DNA from: Eledone cirrhosa
Lineage: Eukaryota
DNA: 64,000 nt
Direction: 5' to 3'
Assembly: GCA_964016885.1 (NCBI GenBank)
Contig: OZ024744.1
Location: 83,390,001-83,454,000, forward strand
Part shown: positions 1-15,760 of the stretch, in pieces
Numbering within the stretch: the stretch's first letter is position 1
How the letters are laid out: each line of letters begins with the position of its first letter
Translations under genes and position numbers: made by a program
The notes under the pieces: model-generated
Told to the model about the DNA's origin: nothing
Database searches by the model: none
What the model saw: the letters and a program-made list of their open reading frames with translations, nothing else

Positions 1-164
1 TGTTAATTTCTCAATTTTGTTGATAGAGATATATTGTCGAATGTAAGGATTGATGCGCCTTTGACTACGTTATCTGATCCATTAGATTTGATTTTCTTGT
101 CTATGTGTATTGTCATATCCTAGTGTGTGTAATTCTAGCTTCCCTTTTCTGTTTTCACAATCAG

Positions 165-395
165 GGTGTTGGATTGGCAGTATCGGTAGGGCGGCGGACA
201 CCCTGCTTTGTGGCAGAGAGTTACAGCCTTTTGCATTCTGAGTTCAGATCCCGCCGTGGTTAGATTTGCCTTTCATGGGGTCCATATGGGGTCGATAAAA
301 TAAAACACCAGTAACAAACTGGGTCGATTTAATCGACTTTACCCTCCCTTTCAAATTGCTGGCCTTGTGCCTAAAGTAGAAATAATAATTATTAT
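165..395 (+). mobile_element. tRNA-derived SINE family 1, long variant
   Basis: A-box-like TGGCAGTATCGG, B-box-like GAGTTCAGATCC, core GCCTTTCAT..GGGGTCGATAAAATAAA, tail TTGCTGGCCTTGTGCCTAAAGTAGAAA+(ATT)n; about 20 related copies in the window. Confidence 0.85.
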
Positions 396-1494
396 TATGG
401 ATATGTTTATTAGATGGCGAGGTGTATGGAAGATTATGAAGCATTAGTTACCCCTTCAGTCAAAAGAGTTTAATGTTTTCTTTTTACCATATGTTTCATT
501 GTAATTTAATATTTCCTTAATTTCTCTCACTTCATGTCTTTCTCCATCTCCCTCTCTCTGTCTCTCTGTCTCCCTCTCTCGTTCTCTCTCTCTCTATCTC
601 TGTCTCTCTGTCTCCCTCTCTACTTCTCTCTCTACCCTCTCTCTCTCTCTATACCCCCCCCCCCTTTCTCTATATCTATCTCTCATATACGTATACATAT
701 ACATACATATATGTATGTGTGTGTATCAGATCTCGAAAAATGTTTAACCGAATTACCCGTTTGAAAGAATTTTTTTTGTGTGTGCAACCTTTAATAACAA
801 AACCCTTTTCGTATCTAGTCGATTGCCTGTGGTAGAGGAAATATTTGTCTGTAGACATTTATAACTGTTCATATAGTTTTGGCAAATAGCCATTTACAAT
901 ATTCTCGAACATTGCAAGATGGCCGTTCCAATCCTAATGGTGGTAACAGTAGTGTCAATAACGTAAACAAACACGTACTCAAATAATTTTCAAATAGAGA
1001 AAAATGAATTAAATATAAAGCAGACAATGGAAAACAAAATTCGAGCAGAAAGACAACCCTCCAGGCTTAAACATGTGTACAATTAAAAACGTAATAATAA
1101 TGGAAGCATTAATTTGAACAGGAAACAGTACCAAAAACGACACCAGCAACATAATCACCATCAACAACATCATCATCAACACCACCAACAAAATTAACAA
1201 TAGGCTACTAGAAATCTTCTATGGAAGAACTTAAAGATCCTACGTTTTCGCTTATCCAACTTGGTGGTGGGAACGTTACAAATGCTGAATGACGAGATAT
1301 GAGAGCAAAGAGATTGATTTGCTCATTGAGGAGGGGATCTTGGGACACGAGTACACCGAACATGAAGTAATAGAATTTACAGGAAGGGTTCACCAGAATA
1401 CATCAACAGCTATAGATGAGTTACACGGTTGACGTGAGGATTTAAAGGCGTCAGCACATTTTCGGAGAAAACTATTTGCAGAAAGTGTTCAATA

Positions 1495-1740
1495 TGGAAA
1501 CTGATCGGAGGCGTGAAAGGATTATTAGTCATCACAGCGTCGGACAAAATGCTTCGCAATATTTAGTTATAATTTCAAAATTCTGTGTTTAAATCCCGCC
1601 AAGGTTAGCTCTGCCTTTCATCCTTCTGAGTGGCGATAAAATATAGTACCAGTAAGATATTGATAGGGTGATATAATAGAATTCTGCCTTGCATCAAATG
1701 GCTGTATTGTGCCAGTATTAGAATGAATTATTATTATTAT
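1495..1740 (+). mobile_element. degenerate SINE family 1 copy
   Basis: AAATCCCGCCAAGGTTAGCTCTGCCTTTCATCCTT..CGATAAAATATAGTACCAGT core, (ATT)n tail. Confidence 0.6.
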
Positions 1741-1804
1741 GTATCTATCTTCAGTATTATTCTTATGCGCACACTTACACACAAACTGACAAAAACACAA
1801 ATAC

Positions 1805-1870
<66 letters not shown>

Positions 1871-2810
1871 ATTTACTCGTGTATATGTGTAATGTATATA
1901 TATATATATGTATATATATTTTTATTTATAGAGAGAGAGAGAGAGAGAGAGATAAACATACTTCCATTCTCTTCATTCCAATTAATTTCTTTTTACTCGA
2001 ACTCTTTGAGTTATTTAGAGTTTTTCACCTACTTTTCATTTCCATATGATTGCTTGATCCAATTTTGCCTATAAAATTCTAAGCTTAATCTATTACACAC
2101 ACTCTCTTTCTCCCTCTTAGACGCATATAAACAGATACAGACACACACACATAATCAGTCGCGTTCTCTCACATACACAGCCTAAATTTCTAATATTTAA
2201 TTCACGAAAACCATGTTATAGTGAATTAGAAATGGCTTTTAATTAAATCTTCTTTACTTTATATTATTCTATTCTATCCACCGGTCTTCCTTCTGATCAA
2301 TTTCAAGGCAAACCTCTTTTAGAATTGACACAAAATGTCCTATATTTAAATGGAAATATAAATAGTTCGCTTGGTGGTCTTTATTTATAAAAAAATATTA
2401 ACAGCAGATTGAAACGTGTTCTATATATAAATGGGAGAATAAAATAGGTAATTAGCGATATCACTGACACACCATGCTACTGAATAAAGTTGTATGGACC
2501 CACATACAATATGTTTATGTGTATTAAACTTACACCCAGTAAGGATTTCAGAGTTACTACCTTTTTTTCAATCCTCACTTACAGCAGATTCACTGAAAGA
2601 CAATAAAATGTTATAGATTTTGTAAACAAAGCTTTCGTCGTGAATTGAATAGTTTGTTATAAAATATATATATAAGGTTTTACTATTTGTATATTGCATA
2701 CATCAGTATCTTATCTTAAGTAAGCAAATACTGAAGAAAGATAATAACTATGAAATCCACGTATAGAACGCTGACATATATGTCGCTGTAATGTGATCAC
2801 AGCTTAAAAT

Positions 2811-2993
2811 AATTGTTTCTAATTTAGGCACAAGGCCAGCAAACACCCAGTGCATTACTGGTACTTTATTTTATCGACCCCGTAAGGATGAAAGGCAAAG
2901 TGAACCTCGGCGGGATTTGAACTCAGATCACAAAGGGACGTAACTATGCTGGAAAGCATGGCGTCCGACCCTCTACCGATGCTGCCAATCCAC
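2811..2993 (-). mobile_element. SINE family 1 with 16-bp TSD
   Basis: Near-consensus copy flanked by direct repeat CACAGCTTAAAATAAT (2798-2813, 2991-3006). Confidence 0.9.
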
Positions 2994-3307
2994 AGCTTAA
3001 AATAATCAGTGTTACTAATACCTGTTTATTATACATAAATTCTTACTTTATATGTCCATATTAGCCTTTATAATAAGAATAGTTGCACTAGTCGTATTGA
3101 TGCCTCTTATAAGAATATTAGTGACATAAGTGTATCGGTTTTTAGGAAGATCGAAACACTATCACATAAGTATTGCTGAGAGCATAATACTTGCTATACG
3201 ACGTTAATCCAGTAAATATAACCACCTCCGATGGATATAACCAACTCTAGTGTGCATAACCAACTCCAGAGGATATATTCCTATAATGCTTTTTATGTAT
3301 AAAACTA

Positions 3308-3507
3308 NNNNNNNNNNNNNNNNNNNNNNNNNNNNNNNNNNNNNNNNNNNNNNNNNNNNNNNNNNNNNNNNNNNNNNNNNNNNNNNNNNNNNNNNNNNNN
3401 NNNNNNNNNNNNNNNNNNNNNNNNNNNNNNNNNNNNNNNNNNNNNNNNNNNNNNNNNNNNNNNNNNNNNNNNNNNNNNNNNNNNNNNNNNNNNNNNNNNN
3501 NNNNNNN
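3308..3507. other. assembly gap (200 N)
   Basis: Run of n characters. Confidence 0.99.
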
Positions 3508-3521
3508 ATGTATTTATGCAT

Positions 3522-3562
<41 letters not shown>

Positions 3563-3567
<5 letters not shown>

Positions 3568-3755
3568 GTTTCTACTTTTGGCACAAGGCCACCAATTATA
3601 CCAGTGCATTACTGGTACTTTTATTTTATCGACCCCGTAAGGATGAAAGGTAAAGTTAACCTCGGCGGGATTTGAACTCAGATCATAAATGGAGGTAACT
3701 CTATGCTTCAAAGCATGGCGGTCACCCTCTAACAATACTGCCAATCCACCGCCCT
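3563..3755 (-). mobile_element. SINE family 1, full length
   Basis: Matches family consensus from tail AATTGTTTCTACTTTTGGCACAAGGCC to head CCAATCCACCGCCCT. Confidence 0.9.
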
Positions 3756-4089
3756 TATATATATGTATAATATACGTATATATGTATGCATGTATGTATG
3801 TATGTATTTATGCATGCATATATGCATATGTGTGTATGTATGCTACATCTATTTCTGTGCGGTTGTGATAGGTTAGTCGGTTTATGTTTTGACTTATTAT
3901 GATGGTGACATTAAAAGTTTTATATCTAAAACTAATTCAAGAATATTGCCAACTGCAAAGAAATCAATAAAGTCAATACCAACAACATAACAAACAGCGA
4001 GAAATACAATATTGAATCGATAGAGCTGCTAGAAAAAAGCAGATGCATTTCTTCAAAACATACCAAGAAGAAGTACAAGAAGAACATCA

Positions 4090-4141
<52 letters not shown>

Positions 4142-4645
4142 TAATTCGCTTTCGTGATATTGAATTCTTCTATACTATATAATGCTTAAGTATTTAAATG
4201 CAAAAAAAGAAAAAAATTAAAAGCCAAAATATATCGACTAATATTGATTATATGTAGAATATAGGAAGAAATTCGGGGAAATAAGCATGGTAAAATTGGA
4301 AAATATTTGTAAGCAATTCAGTATGTGCACCAACTTTATGAAGAATAGAGAAAAATATAGACTATAACCATATAACGAACGGGTTTAAGTGAGAAGAGTA
4401 CTAAATGGGCAATTAGAGTAAAGAGGAAGGAGAAGCAATTCAAGAAACACAGACATAGAAGATTACATTAAAATATATGTACGAGTTAAGTTGAAACTGT
4501 ATACTTATTGCTTAATCTTCCAGAAATTGTCGCATTTGAGATTGTTGCCACATATCCTCTTCCCATCTCCCCCTCTCTCTCTCTCCTCGCTGTCACGTCT
4601 TGTAGTGTCCCATTTTTGTACGCCCTTTTGGCAAATAAAGAGAGA

Positions 4646-4715
<70 letters not shown>

Positions 4716-5522
4716 CATTTCTCTTTTCTCTCCGCTCTCTCAATGTATCTCCATTACTCTGTCTCTTTCTTTATTAAATTATATGCCCCCCCCCCCCCCC
4801 TATAACTTCGTCTCACACAACCACATTTGAATATATCTTTACTCATTTACACGTTTCAGTCATTTTACTGCGATAAATATAAATACGAACAAGTATAGTG
4901 CACACATGAGGAGAATTTTACATCAGCTGTACGAGTTCGGTCTTGCACAAGTGAATTAAACAAAATCTCTACATACCCTCTTTATGGTTCCAAAAGTCTC
5001 TGAACCAATGTTACTATAAGAGCTGTAGACAGAAATGTTGGTATCTTGTTAATCAAGAAACCAATACCTAATAGACAAAATAAAATCGTTATCTGCATGA
5101 TATGAATTGAATAAGGGTCAGCCCCATAGAGTCCAAACTACTTTACACTCCTCACAAAGGTAGCTTCTGATCATATTTACGGATATAGACCCCCACACCT
5201 TTCTTCTTAACGTAATATCATCGCTGAATAGGAGCAATTTGGTTTAAAGTATTGGATCAGTACCTGTTTTAAGGTAAAGGTAAACTATATCACAGGAGTT
5301 GTCTTTTTCTAAAATAAATGATAATGTATGTAGAGTGCCTCTCTCAAAATGTATACACTTATTTTAACATTCATGTTATATATTGGCAAAACTAGTGCTG
5401 CAATTCGCAGTGTGGCTTTTAATGTATTTTTGCAATTAATTTTATAATAGTTAATTCTTTAAGCCTCAGTAAATTTAGCTACACTTCATTTCAAATAATA
5501 TACCATATTTCCGTCCACTGTA

Positions 5523-5789
5523 AAGTGGTCCTGTAGATGACACGACAAAAAAGCATCCAGTCCATACTGTAAAGTGATCGGGTGTGAGACATGGTAAAAA
5601 GGCTCCTAGTCCACACTGTAAATGTGGTTGGTGTTAGGAAGGGCACCCAGCCGTAGAAAATCTGCCAGAAACAGTTCTGTACGAGTGAGACACTGTCTCC
5701 CGATCAATCTCGCCTGAAGTGGGACAAAACCGTCCAACACAAGCTAGAGTGGATGATGGACGTTAACGATGATGACGATGATGATGATA
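5523..5789 (+). mobile_element. SINE-like family 2, 3' part with (GAT)n tail
   Basis: GTGGTTGGTGTTAGGAAGGGCACCCAGCCGTAGAAAA motif and GGACGTTAACGATGATGA tail; reverse-oriented homolog at 16175-16351. Confidence 0.7.
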
Positions 5790-6306
5790 AAGTGTCATCC
5801 ATATTTTAAAACTAACTAGTCTTTTTACTTAACGTTTCATCGCAAGAATACACTTATTTCAACGACGGATTAAGAAAATCACGCAACACAGGTGCAATTC
5901 AATTGAGAAGATTCAATGTACACAGTATACACAGGAATCTCCGGTACACGATACTTGTCCAAGACAACACTGGCTTCAAAGGGAGATCAAATTTAGAAAT
6001 AAGAAATAGGAAAGCGATTGTTATAAGCACACAATATGGCGTCATTGAGTTTAATTACGTAAACAATTTCAAATTATTTTTTTCTATTCTGACAAAATCA
6101 GCGACGAGGGACATAAAAACGTCCTGTTTACTGTGTAAACAGCAATAAATGAAATTAAAGATAATTGAAGTAGATATAAATATTGAATATTGGTATTCTG
6201 TTACGATAGTCTGTTATAGACTAGCGTATACACGAACAGATACACGAACGGGTACACACACGACATACCCCATACACTTATATATTTTTGTACATATATA
6301 TATTTG

Positions 6307-6338
<32 letters not shown>

Positions 6339-6607
6339 AGAGTGTGTGTCCTTGAGCAAGACATTTTATTTCGGGTTGCCCCATTTTACTTAGTTCACAA
6401 TGCTGGTGCCAAGCTTTATAGGCCAGTCCCTTCCGTTGCACAACAACGTAGGCATGGGAAAGGTAAACTGGCATGCATAATGGGTGACTGAAGGTTATCC
6501 ACATGTATGTATGTATATTTGTTTGTATGTATCTTTGTATATATATGTATGTATAGGAGTCAACCCAAACTGAAATAAATACGCAAATCAAACCCTTACC
6601 ATTTCAG

Positions 6608-6651
<44 letters not shown>

Positions 6652-6715
6652 CGTAGGTATCTACGTACATAGGTAGATATATAAATAGATAGACATATAT
6701 GCATACATACATATA

Positions 6716-7502
6716 TGGTGAATGCCAAATCGTTTTCGTGTACGGCCACTACTTTATATGCATGTAGGAGAACCCCTACCGATGCGCTAAACAAGTGTGA
6801 CTTTTTAGTCCAGCCAGCGACTTGAAAACTCTGGTACAAACACTACAGCTGTGACACTTATCGACACATAGTGCTGGGCCCATGGCACCATGTGACGACA
6901 AGTGCAGAGAGATCTCCAGATATAAAGCAATGCCTGTGCCGTGAAGCTTTTATAGTGAGCAAAGACACTGCACAAAGCCAGTCCCACTCTCTTAACCAAG
7001 ATGATATTTACCAAAAAGAAGAACAAGTCAACATCATTGGATACCATCAGGTTTGCAGATGTTATATCAGAGTTTTCCTTCTCCTAGAATTCTGCCTTGA
7101 CAAAGGCTAAGGGGTCATCTCTCCCGGATATATATATATACATACATTCATACATACTTACATACACATACATATATATATGGTGGCTGCCAACTCGTTT
7201 TCGAGTACGGCCACTACTTTATACCCATGTAGGAGAACCCCTACCGATGCGCTGAACGAGTGTGACTTTTTAGTCCAGCCAGCGACTTGAAAACTCTGGT
7301 ACAAACACTACACTTGTGACAATTATTGACACACAGTGCTGGGCCCATGGTACCATGTGACGGCAAGTGCAGAGAGATCTCCAGATATAAAGCAATGCCT
7401 GTGCCGTGAAGCTTTTATAGTGAGCAAAGACACTGCACAAAGCCCGTCCCACTCTCTTAACTAAGATGATATTTACCAAAAAGTATAACAAGTCAACATC
7501 AT
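6716..7502. repeat. tandem duplication of a ~320-bp segment (6716-7037 and 7181-7502)
   Basis: Two highly similar direct copies, period 465 bp, each bounded by TA/CA-rich microsatellite. Confidence 0.9.
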
Positions 7503-7560
7503 ATACATACATATATACATACCTATATACATACAAACATACATACATACATACATACAC

Positions 7561-7591
<31 letters not shown>

Positions 7592-8170
7592 CAGGCAAGC
7601 TCACTATACTTTGAGATACAATCGATACGCAATAATATTGATAAGTTAGGAAAGACAGGCAGACGGGCGAGCGGGCAGACAGGCAGGCATTTAGGTAGAG
7701 GTGGCGCGTTGTCAGGCTGGCTGTCGTGCTTGCTGTCTTGCAGGCGAGCTGGCAGTCGCTCAATAAGTGTACACAGGTGTGCGATTATTAATCGTAAGGA
7801 AATATCTCTGGTGCTTCTATCAAAAAGTTTGATAAAACAACTCTCGCCTTCTCTCTATATTTTCACTCTCTTATTCTCTCTGTTTCTTTGCTTTTCTATC
7901 TTAACTACTATAAAACCGATTTAAAATATCTTTCGGAGATAGTGGGGCGGGCGCGGAACAGCAAGAAGTAGATCGGTGTAATAAAGGGAATACAAATAAG
8001 ATAAAATAAAACAAAAACAACAAAAAAACATATACACAAAAGAATAGGAGGAAAAGAACTACTGATAAATTTAATATATTATCAAAAAAGTAAGATAATA
8101 ATTAAAAAAAAATAACATAAATTAAAATATACAAGATATGTCTAAAAGAGTATAAACGAAAATGATGATG

Positions 8171-8234
<64 letters not shown>

Positions 8235-8259
8235 TAACCACACAGCTTGCTTCGTTTCT

Positions 8260-8333
<74 letters not shown>

Positions 8334-8464
8334 TATACATTCATATCTATGTGTACTGGCTGATGTGAGTACAAACGGAAAATAATACCAATATTACGGA
8401 TTTATTAAAAATGAAAAGAAACTAAATAAATTAAAATATTCCAAAAGAAATAATACATAAATAT

Positions 8465-8517
<53 letters not shown>

Positions 8518-8546
8518 GATACATACATATATATATATACATATAG

Positions 8547-8625
<79 letters not shown>

Positions 8626-8667
8626 GGAAAAATTTGAACAGGAACAAAACAGAGAGGCAGTACAACG

Positions 8668-8737
<70 letters not shown>

Positions 8738-8859
8738 GTGAAAGAGAGAGAGAGAGAGAGTGAGGGGTAAAATATTTTCAAGAAATGAATTCGGTGGAGA
8801 TAAATAATAACTGAATATACATAATTCTATAACAGCGACAGTTCTAATAAATATAGTAA

Positions 8860-9212
8860 TGTCTTCCAAGTTAGGCACAAGGCCAACAAACAGCGGAGAG
8901 GAGAATATCGATTATATCGAACCCAGTACTGAACTGGTGTTTTATTTTATCGACTCTGGAATTATATAAGGCCAATGTGACTTCGACGGGATTTCAACTC
9001 AGAACGTAAAGAGCTGAATCATATAATTGTTTCTACTTTAGGCACAAGGCCAGCAATCACCTAGTGCATTACTGGTACTTTATTTTATCGACCCCGTAAG
9101 GATGAACGGCAAAGTCAACCTCGGCGGGATTTGAACTCAGATCATAAAGGGACGTAACTATGCTGGAAAGCATGGCGTCCGACCCTCTACCGATACTGCC
9201 AATCCACCACCT
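8860..9212 (-). mobile_element. young SINE family 1 copy (9025-9212) nested in an older copy
   Basis: TSD AGCTGAATCATATAAT at 9012-9027 and 9219-9234; older degenerate copy at 8860-9020. Confidence 0.85.
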
Positions 9213-9289
9213 GTCACCAGCTGAATCATATAATGCAAAACCATAACCACCCTTTGCTAAACCTCATGAAAAATAATAGCAATTTTACT

Positions 9290-9460
9290 AATTGTTTCTA
9301 CTTTTGGCACAAGACCAGCAATTACCCAGTGCATTACTGGTACTTTATTTTATCGACCCCTCTAAGGATGAAAGGCAAAGTTAGCCTCGGCGTGATTTGA
9401 ACTCGGACCGTAAAGGGCCATAACTCTTCGCATGGTATCCGAACCTCTACCGATATTGCC
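9290..9460 (-). mobile_element. SINE family 1
   Basis: Consensus tail and core, slightly 5'-truncated head. Confidence 0.85.
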
Positions 9461-9559
9461 ATTATTATTACCATATTGGATACGGTTCAAAGGAATCAGC
9501 AGTGAAAGTTTAGTAAATCAGTAGCTTGTTTACATAAAACTGGAATATAGAATGAAATA

Positions 9560-9772
9560 CAGGGTGAGTCATAAGTAATTCGACAGTCAATACATTTTTA
9601 TTGCAAGGTCCACATAGTATTGAAAAACGGGGTCAGCTTTTCGAATACTTACTTTAATTTTATTTTTTGTTTGGTGTTTTTATAATTTCAAGCTGTATGA
9701 TCAGAATTTTAGTAAATATTATCACTTAGAATTATAAATCCTGGACTTTCCGATTACTTATGACTCACACTC
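9560..9772. mobile_element. Tc1/mariner-type MITE
   Basis: ~30-bp imperfect TIRs CAGGGTGAGTCATAAGTAAT.. / ..ATTACTTATGACTCACACTC, flanked by TA on both sides. Confidence 0.7.
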
Positions 9773-10599
9773 TATCATATGATCCTTGTGTATTTCTACA
9801 TGTTGAATCCAAAATGTCGTCCGAATTTCTCTGTCATCCCATGGTTTTTCTTGCTCCAAAACGTTACTCTTCTTCACATCTGATATGTATGAAGCATCCA
9901 AGCTGAAACTCTGAAAACACCCTACTTCTCTACTTAGAAGGTATATTTATACATCCCAATCCCACCCAGCAGTATTAAGTGTTAATTCAGTTAATGTTTG
10001 AATGTTTTAATCAATATGTTATTCTAAAGACATGTACTTATATACAAACAAACACATATATATTACGTTAAGAAGGAGAGGGTTCATTTCCCAGACTTCA
10101 TATATTCGTGAATATGATCAGAAGATTGGGCTGTATGGGGCTGACCTTTATTTAATTCATATCATCTGTAGATAACGATTTTATTTTGTCTGAATTTCCA
10201 ACAGATGACCACCACCTACACCTTTTCAAGCAATCCCACAAATTCAGATCTAATCTAACTACCGAGAGTAATTGGTGTGTACCAGTTGTCCTTACTAGAC
10301 ATACGCATGCTGAGAAGAGTGATAACAATAATAGTTTCTGACATATGCACAAGGCTATTTCGATGATGATTAGTAAGTCGATTAAATTGACTCCAATATA
10401 TGACTGGTAATTTTATTTCATTGACTATGGAAACATGAAATGCAAAGTTCTTCTAGGTGGTATTTGAACAGGATGATTAAGGAGAATGATGATAATTATT
10501 AATAGTTTATACATATGGTGCAAGATTTGCAGTTCAAAAGGGAAGAGAGAAGTCGATTAAATCGTCCCAATGATTTCAGCTCAGTAGGTGATGGTTAAT

Positions 10600-10760
10600 A
10601 ATTATTTCTACTTTTGGCACAAGGCCAGCAATTACCTCAGTGCATTACTGGTATTTCATTTTATCGACCTCGTAAAGACGAAAGGCAAAAGTAACCTCGG
10701 CGGGATTTGACCTCAGACCGCAAAAGGCCATAACCCGATGCTGCAAATCCACCGACCTTG
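10600..10760 (-). mobile_element. SINE family 1 with 16-bp TSD
   Basis: TSD GGTGATGGTTAATAAT at 10587-10602 and 10760-10775. Confidence 0.85.
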
Positions 10761-11489
10761 GTGATGGTTAATAATCAGAAGGAATGGAACTTATGACCTT
10801 GCCCTCGCAATCTGAACATCCTAATCACTATGCCACGTACGTTCAGAATTGTGATGGTAACGTAGATGATAATAATAATTTTAACTGTGCGTCTGAACAC
10901 GTGTGTCAATATGCAAGTGTAAGATTTGTGTTAGCTGTACTTGCGCATATACACACACACACATATATATATAGATACAGAGGGAGGAAAGAGAGAGATA
11001 GAGAGGAACGAGAGAAAGGGGCGAAAGAGAGAGAAAAATTGATATCATTTTTATTATATTTATTATTATTTTTTTTATTGCGGTTCCTATTACTTTTACA
11101 TTTCTATTACTACTACATTTCTTGTTGTTGTTGTTGTTGTTGTTGTTGATGATGATATTGTAGTGGTTGTGTAGTTGTTGTTGTTATTGTTTTGGGCATT
11201 ATCATTTTTTTTATTATTTATCATCGTTTCCATATTATTTCATATCGTCTTAGAAAAAGGGGGAATCTTTTGGCAGCTGCCAAGTTTTAGTTAATTAATT
11301 AAAACAATTTTCATATTCATCCAGCAAATTCGCTCACAACAGAAAATGGTTGTAGTACGCATACAACTGCAGACGTGCTCTTGCACACACATACGAGTAT
11401 AGACGCACACACACACACACACACACACAGCGATATACACACTTGCGCACCCACACATTTATGTATGTGTATGAATGTGAGTATGTATG

Positions 11490-11578
<89 letters not shown>

Positions 11579-11624
11579 ACACAAACACACACACATATAT
11601 ATATACATACCTACATATATATAC

Positions 11625-11698
<74 letters not shown>

Positions 11699-11780
11699 GC
11701 GTGTATGTGCCTAAGATTCTACATTTATATCAATATCTGTGAATGGGAAGCATGCAAATAAACAAAGTATGTGTGTGTAA

Positions 11781-12127
<347 letters not shown>

Positions 12128-12431
12128 CATATAAATACGTTTATATATATTATATATTATATATATACATATATACACGCACACACACACACAAACACAA
12201 GGGGAGAGCGTGCATATGAGTACTTCACATGTATGTGTAAGTGTGTGTTACTGTTGTGTATATTTCCAATCATACTTAAGATTTTTTAAACATATTGCAG
12301 GCACTTCAATCTCTAATAAATTTCGTAGCCTCAAGTATGTCTGTTTATAGGCGTGCAAAAATAGAGGCACATATGCAGACGCAGCTATACGCACAAACAC
12401 ATGTACACACAAACACATGTACACACATATA

Positions 12432-12503
<72 letters not shown>

Positions 12504-12851
12504 AATGTGTGTGTGTATTATGTATATGTATGTGTGTCTGTGCGTCTGTCTGTGTGTGCCACCGTGTGTGTATATAATATATAACTTTATGCTTCTGCAT
12601 ACACACACGAACATTTTACACATGGCTATATATTTAACATTTGCGTTTTATAAATAATGTCTTTAAATTTTAAAGATTTTCTGTTTCTATTGAATGAATC
12701 AATTCGTTTTTCTTTTACTTTCCAAATGTATATTTTTCACCTTTAACCTTCTCTAAACTATTCTTCACTTCTTTAACTTTTCTTTCAATTCTTCACAATT
12801 TCTGTGCTTCCGCCGCTGTTGAATTTTTGTATATATATATACGTATATATG

Positions 12852-12902
<51 letters not shown>

Positions 12903-12912
12903 ATATATATAT

Positions 12913-13030
12913 ATAGGAAAAAGTTGTGGTCAAACTTTTTCCTATTTGTCCTATTTCCCACGCTACTACCCTAAGTATTGATTACTCTGGTGCGTTATGG
13001 TCCATCTGGTTCCTTACCACAATTCCTTTG

Positions 13031-13033
<3 letters not shown>
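12913..13033 (+). mobile_element. TA-embedded short element family B with 5' fold-back
   Basis: ATAGGAAAAAGTT..AACTTTTTCCTAT inversion, then CTACTACCCTAAGTATTG..GGTGCGTTATGGTCCA..CTTACCACA..GTTA; homologs at 22557, 23550, 40227. Confidence 0.75.
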
Positions 13034-13070
<37 letters not shown>

Positions 13071-13075
<5 letters not shown>

Positions 13076-13236
13076 TTGCGAGGTTTTTGATATAAAATCG
13101 TGTGTCGAAACAAATATTGTTATACATGGGGTAGATATAAAAGACACAGATGCGAAAACCAACCAAACAGTGGGTGCGTTCTGTTATTAATTTTGGCAAT
13201 ATTATTACAACAATATGACCCTCCCCATGTATAACA

Positions 13237-13240
<4 letters not shown>
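13071..13240. mobile_element. TA-embedded fold-back element family C
   Basis: IR ATATTGTTATACATGGGG / CCCCATGTATAACAATAT; homologous to 13541-14141 and 34970-35100. Confidence 0.7.
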
Positions 13241-13274
<34 letters not shown>

Positions 13275-13475
13275 AGGATTTGACGGACCCAACATATTTA
13301 TCAATTGCAGGACCGGTTGTACCTCAGCGTACTCAATGGGTAATGTAAGATACATTCCTAGAGTATATACATAGTTATTCGCTTCAATACAACACACGTG
13401 AAGCGGGTACAGTTCCCGGACTCGAGTTTCGGCCACACTTAATGCATCAATAAGGTGCACTGCACCCTCCGTCTG

Positions 13476-14303
<828 letters not shown>

Positions 14304-14989
14304 TAAAAATTTAAGTTGAAAATAGTATTCGTTATTTTTTTTTTATTTCAAAAAGAGAGTTCGGATCACGTCTACGTCTAGCAAGATTAAAACTGCTCGG
14401 TTTATATCTGCTCTGTATATGTATGCATGTATGTATGGATGGATGTGTGTCTGTATGTATGTAAGTATGGATGTATGTCTGCATGTATGTATGTACGCAT
14501 GTATGTGTGTATCTTGGATGCTTGTATATATGTGTACACACCCGTTATCACATTTACACTCAAACATATATAATAGGTATTTATACACAGAAAATCAGAC
14601 TTCTTAATACACATAGTAGATTAAAATAAATGTATCAAATTGATATACGTTAGCGATAATAGGTATTGACTCTTAGCTTTGTGTTCAGATGATGCTGAAC
14701 AACCAACGGACGAATATAAATTCAACATATTTATTATTTTGACATCGGCAGAAATATATGCTTTCAAGTATTTTTTTCTGACTCTTCGAGTGGTCAATTA
14801 CTTTGTCTTTCATTTTTCCGTGCAATGGAATATATTATCAGTGAAGTACTGTGGTCGATTTCATCGAGTTTCCCTGCCTCTCAAATTGGTGTTCTTAGAA
14901 GCCATTATTTTCTTACATAGTTTCCGTTTTTTTTGAAAAAAGGGGCATAACTCATTATTCACACACACACACACACACGCACACACACA

Positions 14990-15064
<75 letters not shown>

Positions 15065-15430
15065 TATAATGGATATTTTCACTTGGTTTAGACAAAACTA
15101 AAATGTGCAAGAACTTATGAGGACTGATCAAGATTGCTGGAAATTTGAAATAAACTCCTGAATAATAGTAAATGAGAGAAGCTAAAGAGTTTAAATTATG
15201 AAAGTATCATTGAGTATATTGTTATGTGGTATAACGTTTTACCAGTGGGAGATTGTCAGTATCAACAGCAAAGTCTGTAGAGATGGTGTGTGTCTCAATG
15301 GGTTAAAACAGGAGGGAAATAGAGTTATTTTAATACCTCTCGGTAAATAATTGAAAATTTATCTTATCCAATCAATTGGGGAATGGTATAATCTTCTAGC
15401 GTTTCAGCAGATAGTTATTGAAGTAGTGCA

Positions 15431-15760
15431 TTTGATTGATAATTCTTATTTGACATTAACCAATGCTTAGTATTTGTGAAAATAAATTAATAACACCTAA
15501 ACTAACCGATGTTAAATGTACATGCTGAAATATAAATACATGACTCGATAATCAATGCTGACGGCATTATCTAAGGGGTAAAATCATTTAAGTATATAGT
15601 TATTGCAGATGGAAAATTAAAAGAACATCACGTCAACGATGCTTCTTTCTTCAGAATTCCAAGAAAAAAGCAAAAAAAAGCATAGAATAGAACTATCATT
15701 TTTGTTTGGAATTTGGGAGAACATGCATTGGTTAATGTCAAATAAGAATTATCAATCAAA
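15431..15760. repeat. 36-bp perfect inverted repeat around a ~260-bp spacer (MITE-like remnant)
   Basis: TTTGATTGATAATTCTTATTTGACATTAACCAATGC at 15431-15466 and its reverse complement at 15725-15760. Confidence 0.7.

Noticed and set aside
900-1440. Coding-like non-repetitive stretch (..YESKEIDLLIEEGILGHEYTEHEVIEFTGR..)
   Set aside because: Multiple stops and no recognisable motif; possibly a decayed retroelement but not assignable.
7640-7830. GC-richer unique segment with palindrome TGCGATTATTAATCGTA, possible regulatory element
   Set aside because: No support without conservation or chromatin data.
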